DNA of 64,000 nt from Hemiscyllium ocellatum (Eukaryota): the NCBI RefSeq assembly GCF_020745735.1, contig NC_083404.1, forward strand, positions 37,137,731-37,201,730, written 5' to 3'. A program made the translations under genes and the position numbers. This document shows positions 50,401-62,620 of this stretch, piece by piece. A model generated the notes under the pieces. The model was not told where the DNA came from and did not search any database. It saw only the letters and a program-made list of their open reading frames with translations. Numbering within the stretch: position 1 is the stretch's first letter; each line of letters opens with the position of its first letter.

Positions 50401-52559
50401 GGAATGTTACTGAACGATGTGAACATGGAACTTGGGAGGAGGAGTGGCTATTTGCCTTCAAGTCTGCTCTACCATTGTAACAGACCATGGCTGGTGTGGT
50501 TGTGGTCTCGGATCCACTCTCCCATCTGCTCCTTCTTTACCTTCGACTCCCCGGTCCAACAAAAATCTAACTCAGCTTTTCACTAATAGATGAGAATTCC
50601 GTGGACTAACAACTCTCTGAGAGAGAAAAAAAAATTGCTCGGTATCTCTGTCTTAAAAGGAAGCTCTTTTATTAAACTGTGCTCCTTAGTTCTAGTTACC
50701 CCAACTAGAGGAATCCTACTATCCAATTTCTCTCTCCAACTTAATTCGTTTCAGTAAGATATTCATTATTGTAATTCCAAGTGGTAAAAAGCTGATTTAT
50801 CTTCAGCTTTTCTTAACTAAATATACTCCATCTCAGGTATAAACCTTCTTCGAACTGCTGCGAGTGTGTATATATACAAATTAAAGTAAAATTAAAACTT
50901 AGCACAGTAGGCCAGATATTTTGTTCATCAAAGACCTGTACAGCAATAGGAAACCTCCCCCCGTTATATTCCAGTTTGCTTTCCAAAAAAATCACTTTGT
51001 TTTCCTAATCACTTATTGTACCCGCATACTAACATTTACTGAGGCATCGATCAGGATTCTGAGCTCTCTGCTCTGCAGAATCCTGCAATCACTTTCCATG
51101 TGAATAATTTGTCACTTTTCTCCATTTCCTGCCAAAGTGAACAAGATCACAATTTCCCACTTTTTTTTTGCTTCATCTGTAAATTGTTTTAGCAAATCAC
51201 GTAATGAATGTAAATGAATTTGCAGACTCTTTATCTCCTCAATAATTTAGTTTTCTATTAACATTAGTGCCATCAAATAATTTATCTTCCACATATTTGA
51301 TCCATTCATCCAAGTTATTAATATAGATTGGAAATAGTTGAAGCCTCAGCCCTGACCCTGTCAATATACTAAATGCAGCTTGCCAACCCCCCAAAAATGA
51401 CCCATTTGTCCCTACTCTCCGTTTTCAATCTTTTATCCAACGCCTTGTTTCTCCCGAGATTTGACTAGATACTTGTTAAATAGTGACTGTAATCTAATCT
51501 CCATTCTACTTACATAGAATTTGAGGGCAAAAAAAACAACAAAAGTTCAGAGAGGTGAAGTCTGCTGAAACTCGAGGCTTCATGTACGAAAAGCAGTCTC
51601 TGCTTGAATCAGCTGTCAATATTTACACGGGTGTGGTACAAGACAGATTCTAAGAGTTCTACATGTTTTATATCAGCAATTTTGTAAGTTGTAATTTAAG
51701 TGCAGATTAACGGAGTTTTATTTCTAGATCTTTTGCTACAGGTTATAGAAAAGAAAATGTTTGTTTAATCTTTAATTCAACACCTTAACTGTTTAAATAT
51801 GATACATGATAAATGCGCCTTTAATTGTACTTGAATATGGGGAAATTAAAGTCTATCACCCCGATAGGTTGCTGGGTTAATGCGATGTCCAAATTTGAAC
51901 AATTTTGTTTTTAAAAAATACAAAAACTGCAAGGTACAAAACGCGAATAACTCGCGAGCATTGCTAGCTGATATTTCTGATGAAAGTCTGCGAAGTTCAG
52001 TGAATTAGGTTCGCGTTGAAACGCAGGATGTAATTTACAGGGGAAAAAATCAGCAAGAAATTGAGCCAGAAACGATTCGACTCACGTCAGTCAGTGTCTC
52101 TTTCATTCACATGAATTTTTGTGTATCGGTAATTTACTCCTTCTTATGTGTACGGATGAATCGCATTTGCCACAAAATGATGGTCATATTTGACAAGTGT
52201 TCATTTTACAAAGAGATCCCAATTAAAAGCTGCGTTCACAGTGAACAGTGAATGGATTTAAGTGATTAATTATTTTGACAGTCAATGAAGACCAACCTGG
52301 CTGTTACTGAACTGGCATTAAACCCGCTAACAAAAAATCGCTAAATATAAAAAAAACTCCAACTTGTCTGAAGCGTTTAAAATAAATGCAGTTACATTGA
52401 TAATCAACTCCAAGCGCTTGTTCTAACTTAGTGTGATTAATGCTTCTTTATGATTCAACGTAAGGCGATGTTGGAACTGCCTCAGCATGGCCAGACAAAG
52501 AGAAGTGATCGGACTGTTATTTTCCTTGACGATAACACAGTCCGAGGCTCCTGTCCACT

Positions 52560-52790
52560 TATCACAGAATCCCTACAGTGTGAAAAGAGGTCATTCGGCC
52601 CGTCTTGTCCGCATTTGCCACGGCTAATCCACCTAACCTGCACACTAGGGACAACCTAGCACGGCCAATCCACTGTAACCCACACATTTTTGGATTGCGG
52701 GAGGAAATTGGAGCACACGGCGGAAACCCACGCGTCAAATCTGGCGTTGTGAGCCAGCGTTGCTAACTACTGACAACACGGTGCCTCCTA
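52560..52790 (-). mobile_element. Diverged HE1-type SINE (another about 57600-57870)
   Basis: ccctacagtgtg..cttcggccc tail and V-SINE core, reverse orientation, internal deletions. Confidence 0.7.
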
Positions 52791-53584
52791 AAGTTTAGGG
52801 CAGAGGACGGATTCTGGATAAAACCGTAGAGGGAGGCGGCCAGAGTGAACATTTCTACCGGTCGTTGAGAAATGGCTTTTGTCGAGCATGGATCTGGAAT
52901 GTTACTATCATGTTCAGGATAGTTGGTAAAGGGACTGAGTTTACATGAACAGTGCGAGTTACCGACTTACAAATAGTTGGCGTTCCGACCGCTTAATCCT
53001 TTATTCCCCTTGAGGAGAGCACACCTCTCGAACAATATACATAACATTCCCGTTAGTTTGCTGACCTTTCCACTTGTAACGGTTCTGAGTATATGATGTG
53101 GAGGAACTGGTGCTGGACTGGGGTGGACAAAGTTAAAAAGTTACAGTGTTATGCAATTGAAATGATACATTGAACAAACCTCGATTGCTGTTATCTTTTA
53201 GAATGGTTTGCAAGTTTTGCTTTATTAATATGTAAATCTGAGTTTATTCAATATATCATTTCAGTTGCATGACATTGTAATCTTTTGTTTTAAATTCTGT
53301 ATCTTATGGCCCTGCTCCACAGCCAACTGATGAAGGAGTAGCACTCAGAAAGCTAGTATTTCCTATTAAACCTGCTGGACTATAACCTGGTGTTGTGTGA
53401 TTTTTAGCTTCGTTCTGAATATATTCAGGAGAGGTAATATTTTTGTCAACAAAATTCATTGCATTACAAGTTTCAGAAAAATGTATGAAACTGACAAAAT
53501 CAACAACTTTTAATATGTATATTATATATATTGCATATGAAATCACAGAATTGTCTGTGAAGTAAAGTTGAACATCAGCAAGCT

Positions 53585-55950
53585 AAGATGTCATAGAGTC
53601 ATTGAGATGTACAGCATGGAAACAGATCCTTCAGTCCAACTGGTCCATGCCGACCAGATATCCCGACCTAATCCAGTCCCACCTGCCAGCACCCAGCCCA
53701 TATCCCGCCAAACCCTACCTATTCATATACTCATCCAGATGCCTTTTAAATGTTACAACTGTACCAGCCTCTACCACTTCCTCTAGCAGCTTATTCCATA
53801 CACATACCACCCTCGGCTTGAAAAGGTTGCCCCTTAGGACTATTTTATATCTTACTCCTCTCATCCTAAACCTATGCCCTCTAGTTCTGGACACCCCCAT
53901 CCCAGGGAAAAGACTTTGTCTATTTATCCTAGCCATGTCCCTCATGATTTTATAAACCTCTGTGTTTTGTAATTAGCCATAGACATCTCTCACAAGTGAA
54001 GAGAAAAATGTATAGCTTGAGGACATTACTCAACAAAAGTGACAGGCAGGCAGACCTCCGCGTTCTGCTACAGCCAGCAAGGAGATCAACAATTCACTAT
54101 TGGGGTCACTTTGCGTCACATTTTCCAACACAACACACTGACCACTCTGCCCTGCTGTCAATACGTTGTACTGCTGAGACCGTAAAACTGACGCCACGTT
54201 ACATCTGGAATATGGTCATTATTGGCTTCAAAAAAAACTTCCCAGACTCTTTTTCCTTTACGGGCATTTATTAGCCAACCTTAATTGCCCTTGCGAATAT
54301 TCTGTAAAATTAAAGATGGCGTCAGTGCTACTGAATCTTGTCAGCAATTTCATTACCAAAATGCACCTAAAATCCTTGACTATAGAGAGAGCTAAAGAGA
54401 TGTTAGCCGTTCAAAATTATCGTTGATTATTGTAATTGTAGATATTTGATGCGTTTGTCTTAATTTTCGAAAACTCATTAGATTTTGGGAAGATTCCTTT
54501 ACATTGGTAAATAACAATTATAACTCCTTTATTCGAAAGGGGACAGGAAGCTAAAGGCCAATTAACTTAACATCTGTAATAGGGAAAACATTAGAAGTTA
54601 TTATTAAAGATTTGGATAAGTTCAAATAATCAGACAGAACCACATGGTTTTGCCGAAGAGATCAAATTTAAATAATTTATTGGAGTTCTTTGAAGAAGTA
54701 ACTCGTGCTGTAGATAAAGGTGTTCTCGTGGATATATTACACTTAGCTTTTCAGAAGGCATTCGGTGCCGATTAATCATGTCGTCATACAGATGTACAGC
54801 ACGGAAGCAGACCCTTCAGTCAAACTCATCCATGCCGACCAGATATCTTAAATAATTCCAGTTCCGTTTCCCAGCATTTGGCCCATATCCCTCTAAACTC
54901 TTCCTATTCATATATCCATCCAGATGCCTTTTAAATGCTGTAATTGCACCAGCCTCCACCACTTCCTCTGGCAGCTCATTCTATATGCGCCACTTTGTGA
55001 AAAGGTTGCCCTTGGGTCCCTTTTAGATCTTTCCCTCTCACCTTAAACTTATGGCCTTTAGTTTTTGACTCACACTCAGAGAAAAGACCTTGTCTATTTA
55101 CCCTCATGGTTTTACAAACCTCTATAAGGTCACCCCTCAGCCTCCGAAGCTCCAGGGAAAATAGCCCCAGCCCATTCAGCCTGTCCCGATAGCTCAAACC
55201 CTCCAACCCTGGCAACATCCTTGCGAATCTTTTCTGAGCCCTTTCAAGTTTCACAACTACCTTCCTATAGCAGGGAGACCAGAATTGCGTGCAGTTTTCC
55301 AAAAGTGGCCTTACACTTTAAAACGCCACTTAGCCGTTAGCTCTCCCCCACCGATTCCTCCAAGGTTAGCTGTGAATTTAGGGATTTTTGAAAATAAAAA
55401 CTCATGGTGATGGGGTTAAGATACTGGCATGGTATAACATTCGTTAGCTAACAGGAGGCAAAAAATAGGAATGAATAGATCTTTTTCTGGCTGGCAGGTT
55501 GTCACCACAGGACGGTGTTGGGGTCTCAATTTTTTTAATCTATATAAATGATTCAGATAAGGAATCAAAGGTATGGGAGCTAAATTTGCTGATGACAAGG
55601 CTGAAAGTTAGGTTTGGAAGTGAGTCGTATAAAGAAGACATATGGAGCCTACAAAAAGATATAGGTAGGTTAATGAGTGGGCAAGGATTTAGCAAATAGT
55701 ATATAATGTGAGAAAGTATAAACTTGTCCATTTTGACACAAATAAGGCAAAGTTATTACATTACCTAATCAGTGAGAGTTTGAAGAGCTCTGATATGCAG
55801 AGACATCTGGGTCTTCTAGTGTATGAATCACCGAAGGTTAGTGTGCAGATCCAGCAATTAATCAGGAAAGCTAACAAATTATGATTTATTGCGAGGCAAA
55901 TAGATTGCAAGAGTAATAAGGTTAAGCTTCAGTTTTACAGGGCATGAGTG
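53585..55950. mobile_element. CR1 fragments: 3' ends on - (53585-53960, 54780-55310), older RT pieces on + (54440-54770, 55400-55950)
   Basis: RDMARINRQSLFPG..VWNKLLEEVVEAG; QFWSPCYRKVVVKLER; KFADD-like motifs. Confidence 0.8.
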
Positions 55951-56289
55951 AACCACGCCGTTTTTTTTTAACAATGAACTCAAAGCTTCATGATCTCTGT
56001 TTCTGATTTTATTGCCAATTATCATCTTAAATTAAACTTCCCTAAATTCTTAGTCTAGGTTTCTGCATTACTGACGCTGAATTAATATCCATAACGAATT
56101 AAGACACTAATGTTGTTTCCTTAATATCAGATGTTAATGGTATAAGTTAAGACTTTGCAGGAGTCAACTGGGATACTTTGAGTAGGATTTGGCATTTTTG
56201 CTGCATTTTCAGGTGATACCCTTTAGAACATATATGACTAAATTGGTGATTACTGCCTCGTTGAGAGCAAAACAGGGGAAATAATCAAA

Positions 56290-56698
56290 TGAGTTTGAAA
56301 TATATTTTATTGTCAAATTTGCAAAATTGTGAAGTAAAATTACAAAATGAACTTATAACTGAAGACAACAATTTTGTTGTAGCGAAAGATTCGCAAAGTG
56401 CAGCATTTGAAACATCAAACAATACTTCTGGAAACCATCACATTAACTTGATTAACAAGAATGCGTCATCCACACAAAAGGCTTTGCTCGTTATTCACAC
56501 ACACAAGCTTGAAAATAACCCCCATCACCACCCCACCCCCACCCCAACCCCACCCCCCCCCCCATCCCCCGGCCCCCAACCCCTCCCCCGCCCCGGATAT
56601 ATTTACATGACAGTTGTAAGCTGATCATACTGACAGTTAAAGTACAACTTCTGGGTGTAAACAGGAAATCGGAGCATAAGCCAAATAGAGATCTGTTA
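56290..56698 (-). other. TRGC: TRGC 3'UTR with AATAAA (minus strand 56311-56306)
   Basis: TTTATT on plus at 56306-56311, about 390 nt past the stop; cleavage site approximate. Confidence 0.65.
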
Positions 56699-56865
56699 TC
56701 AAATTTTGAAATGGGAGGTGGTCGATACCGGATTAAGTGGCTTCTTCACGTCACGGTCCTCCACTTTGTACAAGATGAACGAGATAATCCCACAATAGAC
56801 CACGCTCTTCATCAGCAGCAGCGTGTATGTAAAAGACGCCAACTGCAATGAACTCAAAGGCCATT
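56699..56865 (-). CDS. TRGC: TCR gamma constant TM/cytoplasmic exon: (E)WPLSSLQLASFTYTLLLMKSVVYCGIISFILYKVEDRDVKKPLNPVSTTSHFKI-stop
   Basis: Minus-strand acceptor ttcttattttttcag|; YxLLLxKSVVY motif with TM lysine closely resembles human TRGC YLLLLLKSVVY; TGA at 56701-56699. Confidence 0.93.
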
Positions 56866-59800
56866 CTGAAAAAATAAGAAACACAAAATACGGCATTTAT
56901 GCACAATGCGGTTCTGTAATAACGGAGACCATGCTAAATTGAAGTGTAATCATTTGAGAAAAGTGACTAATGGGCAATGAACTCCGTTTGTAAACTACAG
57001 CGGGTGAAAAACATGTATCTGCTAGATTTGGCAAAGTACTTTGATAATTAAGTAAGATTTCCGTTGCTCGTAATTCGGTTGAGTAATTATTTGTCAAAAC
57101 TCCGTATTTAAAATGGATTGTCAGATCCAGTCTTAAGCATTTCACTCACGAAACCATGGAAAAAGCTACTTCCGGTGGATTTAGAATTGATAAATGAATT
57201 GTCCTTTCCAGTTTTGTTAGATTGCTTTAAACCAGAGAACAATCACATCTAAACAGGGACAAAACATTACATTGTGCAGCAGGAGGTTCTCACCGGGAAA
57301 GACCAAAAGCTGTTCAATGTTGGGAAATAGCCAAATGGAACCTCAAACACTTGCAATAGGTAGAAAAATCCCGAGCTCCGCGAAGGTGGTACTGGCGTTT
57401 CTAAATCTAAATCCATTTGGCCCAACTGCTCCACATCTGTGTTTATGCTCCCAAACCCTAGCTTCGACTCAGCTCAAAATATCCCTCTTTTTTCGCGCAC
57501 ATGGTTTATCTGTATCGATACCAGTCCCCTAGTCGGTACCCTTCAGTTCACTCCCTTTACCTTTTAACTACCCTCTCGATAATTTAGTTTGAGTTTTTTT
57601 TTTACTGACTTTAGAATCCCTACAGTGTTCGGTCCAACAAGTCCACACCGACCCTCCGAAGGGAAACTCACTCAGACTCATTCGCCTACACTATATTTGC
57701 CCCGGACTAATGCATCTAACCTACACATTTCTGAACACAATGGGCAATTTAGCATGGAGCCTAACCTGCACATCTTTGGATTGTAGGAGGAAACAGACAC
57801 AAACACGGGGACAATGTCGCCCAAGGCTGGAACTGAACTGTGAGGCAGCCGTGCTAATCACTGAGCCAATAGTACTTTCTAGTTTTGTTCCTATCTAGTT
57901 TTGTTTCATCTATCTGTAAAATAATTTTATAATCTTATAATGACATATATTTGTTTGTGCCTTAACTCTCCCTTACAGAAAAGTTAAGCAGGCTGTTTAT
58001 TTTTCTCGGTTAGGTGTAACTTTTCTGTTCTGGTAGCCTAGAAAATCAGTTTCGCTTCTTTTCTAGTGCGTCTTTAAAAGTTATAATTTAGAGAATAGCA
58101 CCGTTCATTGTCAGCCCAAATGGAGTCAAATGAGGCTTCTCCACGCATACATGAAACTTTTCTCCTATCCAATCGTATTCTTCTGGAAGAAAATTCCAGT
58201 TTTTCTGTGTAAGTTTACTAATCCCCACAATCACGTTTGGTGACTTGTGTATCTGGATTCCAGCTCACCCTGTTTCTCTGGACTATTTGCAAATGTACTT
58301 TCAGGGATTATGTTGTCTCATTATTCTTCCTACCAAATCGTAGTATCGAACACTTATAGAGATGAAAGCACAATTCTTAAAAGCATGCTCATTCTACGGA
58401 TTCGTGAATGTCTTCCTGTAATTAATCACGACGTTCCTGTCTTTATACTACACTCCCTCACCATCAAGTTGACATCTTGAAATGTTGGAATTATTCTTCC
58501 AATTCGTGAGTCCAAATCATCTGTGTCAATGCTGAACAAAAATGTCCCTAGCACAAGTCCTATTCAAACATTTTCCCAGCAATTTTTTTCCAGTCTGATT
58601 AGCCACTTTTAAGGCTTCCTTTTTGGAGGCACCTAGCTCTCTGACCCCACACATTCAACATACATGAGTCGGAAATCTAAATGTACCGTATTACCCTTGT
58701 CTGCTGGTCCTGCTACTTCAAGTCGATCACAACCTCCTTTACTGAAATCTGTACCGGCTAATCGTTTTTATTATCTAGGTTTTTAAACGAATTTTTTTTT
58801 GGTAAAGATATCCGGTTATCTATTTGAAAGGCTGTAACCAACAGAACTTTGGACCAAAACTGGAATTAAGTGGAAGTAACTGGGAGGGAGCTGATGCAGG
58901 CACAATGGACTATAAACTTTCTATTTCCAGGTTTCTACATTTCCATTATTTCTTTTTTGAGTGACATCGATCATATATTTCCCAAAGACTTGTTTGATTT
59001 CCAGTTTTTATATTTTCGAAAGAGCATTCATTGCCGATCTCTCTTTCATAGTAATGTCGCTATTTTCTAAAAATCTGTAAGACGCCGCTCCTAGTTTTTC
59101 CCTGACTTCTTATAAAAGGCGCAAACGCAACCTATCTGTATCCGAAACCATTTGAATTTAGACTCTTTGAGTCCTACGGCATGTAGACAGGCCATTTGGC
59201 CCAAACTGGTCCATGTCGATCAAAATGTCGACCTGCGCAAACCCCATTTTCCTGCATTTGGCCCATATCCTTCTAATCCTTTCCTATCCAAGTATTTATT
59301 CAAATGCCTTTTAAACATTGTTAGTAAATTTTTTTAAATCTCAAGATGTTCCAACTAATCATTCGAAATATGACACCGAGCCCAGTAAGGATCTCTTAGT
59401 TAATGAGCAAAATCTTGGACATATGTTTTAACGAACTAGCAGTAGGAGACGGGAATGGCAGATGTGTATGTTCTCAAAGTTTGATTAGTCAGTCAATTAC
59501 CGCTCCTTTTCTATTTGTAAATGCTTGCACATTTTTTTCGAACTCTAATCTTAATGGCATGTACACCATGTTAATTTCCCTGGGTGAAGGACGTATTTAA
59601 TATTTCTGTCATATTTATTTAATATTTGGTGTCATTCCTGAAATATCTCTGCATCTCTTAGTGGTCCTGCAACTATCCCGATTGTTTCCCTTTTCTATTT
59701 TAACGCTATAGAATCTATCTATCCATCTATATATATAAAATACGTACATACATATATGTACGCATTAGCATTCCTTGATCAGTTAATCTCATATTGTCTC

Positions 59801-60350
59801 TTTTTGACATGTATTTGAACACAGTTTTCATTAATTTGATTTCTTTCTTATCTTCGTGGTCTGTTATTACTGTCTAATTTGTGATTTTTCAGTGGAATCT
59901 ATTTGTCTTGGGGTCTATTCATCATTCTTTTGAATGTTTCCCATTACTGTTCTAGCTCTTCCTTAGTCAGTACTGTTTTCCCCCAGTTTATTTTCCTTAG
60001 TTCCATTCTCATCCTTCTGAGACCACCTTTACCCATGTATTACTTTGCTCACTTTATTTGTTTCTCTAAACCCTTTTCTGGCCGAGCAGTCCGACAGTGA
60101 GAGATGGGCTGGGTTTGGTATGGGTGAGACCCCAGTAAGGACAACAGACTGTCTTCCCTGAACAACAATACTGGATTAGTTGTGTCTTTCTAACAAGGTA
60201 AGAGCGTTTCTGCACGTTGTGCGGGTGTCGACCCACCGACCAACCGAGACACCGAGCCCAGTTTCACGGCCTGGCCTCCGAGTTAATTGCCTGAACACTG
60301 GAAGCCTCTCCTAGACTTGGCAAACCGGTTCGTGCAATCACAGGAATTAC

Positions 60351-60425
60351 CTTTAGTCTCCGTTGCTGTTTGGTTCTGAGTACTCGGCGAACACGTCTGG
60401 TCTGCAGCATTATTTTTTACATTAG
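60351..60425 (-). CDS. TRGC: TCR gamma connecting-peptide exon: (A)NVKNNAADQTCSPSTQNQTATETK
   Basis: Minus-strand acceptor gtttttctttttcccacccgtag|, donor AAG|GTAATT, 75 nt phase 1-1, open frame, one Cys (interchain disulfide position), S/T-rich with NQT sequon. Confidence 0.8.
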
Positions 60426-61546
60426 CTACGGGTGGGAAAAAGAAAAACGACACATTTTAGAAGCCATTCGAGAATCCAGCGATGCAGAGGCTGGCGAGAG
60501 GGGGGTGGAAACATGAATTAGTCTATCCATTTGGAGATAATCTGTTATGGCACTGAGTAAGCGAAGCATACTTGCGGGGAGTTAGTAATCTCTGAGCCAA
60601 AGGAGTTCGGTTTGGCAAGGAATTAAAAAGTGTTAAAGAAAGAATTTTCTGCCGTTAAAACAGTGGGTGTAACACATTAGCTTTTTCTTTCAATGAACGT
60701 TTCACTTCTCAGTCCCCACTGGAGGATCAGCATTGCACTGTAACCTGGACTGATACCGTGAATTCAATACTGATCATGTTGCTCCGGTTTCATACACTTT
60801 TTTTTAGGTTTGATGCACAGACCTTTATTCGTCTTTCGGTGTTGTATTGAAAACTGCCACTTATGCTCCATTCCTTTCCCTCCGGAATTGCAGCGGATCT
60901 CCCGGCCAGGTTCCGCGGGCGCTCGGGACAACCCCGCTGGCTTTGAAAAGTTTACTCCCCCCGCCACCTCCCCCCCATTCTCGTGACAATTTATCAAATT
61001 TACAGATTCCAGAACTGATCGTTCAGAATCCGGAGTACTACGCAAGCAGGGAGTTGGGCACAGGGAGAATATTATATTGAAATAAAAGTTACGTTTCCAA
61101 CACAAATGCTGGGAAGATTTTTCATCCCCTGTCAGAAGCTGTGCTAAATCGGCCCTTGCTAGAACAACCTTGGTACTTACCGACCTCAAGTACAGAACCT
61201 GATCTCTAACAGACATTGAACAGAAAATCGCAAGATTCCATTTGCAATCACTCCTGTTAAGTTATTTAAGTAACACCAAAACTGCATTGGAGTTAATAAG
61301 CTTCTGAGAAAGCTTGTCTAAAGGGCAGGGGGAATTCAATCTGATTGAACCTTCGGTATAACTTTTCTATGTGATTAAAAGCTGGACTATGACTCTACTG
61401 AACGTTATTTTTTAAAATAAAATACACTAATTTAAAATGAAAGTGTAAAATCGAACATTTCAGTCAGATGAGAGTTGATGCAAAATAATTCCTGAACCCG
61501 CTTGTACTAAGAAGTAGAAGCTAAGAGGAGACAATGGAAACAGTAC

Positions 61547-61867
61547 CGGAAATGGAGTGCTTGCTAATCGTGGCTTTGTTTGGAGTTGCTTCATGCTCCG
61601 CGCTGCAGTGAATGCTGCTCGAGTCCCATTCAAACTTAGTGATTTTCAGGCGACTGATCACTGAGTAATTGCCGTCTTCTTGTTTTTCCACTGAGTCAGT
61701 TGACACTTTGTCTTCGAGTGCGCTGTTTTCCCCGATAGACCATTGAACCCGAATGACATTGGGAAAGAAGTCAGTCAGGAGACAGACGATGGTCGCTTTT
61801 TTATCTCTCTCCAGTTCCGTGTTGTTAGGAGGGAAGATTTGTATTTTTGGTGGCTGAGCAGTTGTTT
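61547..61867 (-). CDS. TRGC: TCR gamma constant Ig (C1-set) exon: (E)TTAQPPKIQIFPP...IVCLLTDFFPNVIRVQW...IHCSAEHE...HSIS
   Basis: Acceptor ttttttttgtttgaatcag|, donor G|GTACTG, 321 nt phase 1-1; C1-set Cys-Trp-Cys spacing; CLLxxFFPxVIxxxW typical of Cgamma; position next to STARD3NL fits TRG. Confidence 0.95.
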
Positions 61868-61985
61868 CTGATTCAAACAAAAAAAAGAGAAATGTCTGTA
61901 AACTTCTCAGTTAAGGACAAACATAAGTTTGCAACACACACATGTGGGTGGAGTGAAAAGGAGAAATAGCTTCCAGTATGAGGCA

Positions 61986-62189
61986 GCGCTGAAAATGTGT
62001 TGCTAGAAAAGCGCAGCAGGTCAGGCAGCATCTAAGGAGCAGGAGAATCGACGTTTCGGCCATGATTCCTGAAGAAGGGCTCATGCTCGAAACGACGATT
62101 CTCCTGCTCCTTGGGTGCTGCCTGACCTGCTGCGCTTTTCCAGCAACACATTTTCAGCTCTGATCTCCAGCATCTGCAGTCCTCACTTT
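61986..62189. mobile_element. 204-bp palindromic Penelope-type insertion with hammerhead-like core, flanked by 15-bp TSD TTCCAGTATGAGGCA
   Basis: 71-nt arms 61988-62058 and 62088-62158 are reverse complements (4 mismatches); TSD 61971-61985 and 62190-62204; CTGAAGA..GAAAC core at the apex. Confidence 0.85.
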
Positions 62190-62239
62190 TTCCAGTATGA
62201 GGCAACCATGGGAGCATTCGTAAACCAATTGTGCAAAGA

Positions 62240-62620
62240 ACCAGCGACCATAAGTGTGCAACCATAAGGCCATAAGATTTAAGAATAGGAGTAGACAGTT
62301 CGAGCCCTCCAGCCTGCTGATCCGACATTTCTAACGTCCATTTTCCTGCCCATTACCTGCCTTTGATTCCCCTACTGATGAAGAATCTGTCTATCTTTTG
62401 TATCCGCAAGGAATCTGCCCAACACAGCTCTTCGCGGCAAACAGTTGGAAAAACTCACAACACTTAGAGAGGAAATTCCCCCTCATCCCAGTCTTAAATT
62501 GGGGCTATGCCCTCTGATCCAAAACTCTCCCATGAGGAAAAACGTCCCCTCAGCATTTACCCTGCCAAGACCCTAAAGAATCCTAAGTGCTTCAATGAGA
62601 TCATCTCTCATTGTTCTGAA
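62240..62620 (-). mobile_element. Older CR1 3' fragment in the J-C intron
   Basis: ccataagatttaagaataggagtagac..cccctcatcccagtcttaaat is a CR1 3'UTR in reverse. Confidence 0.65.

Noticed and set aside
50495-50507. Tandem RUNX sites TGTGGTTGTGGTC
   Set aside because: Lie in what looks like a decayed CR1 3'UTR, so not counted as independent enhancer evidence.
52237-52275. Perfect RSS heptamer CACAGTG
   Set aside because: No nonamer at 12 or 23 bp and no adjacent V/D/J coding sequence.
61658-61759. TARP-like alternative frame in the Cgamma exon (33 aa)
   Set aside because: Short, no similarity to human TARP; expected by chance.
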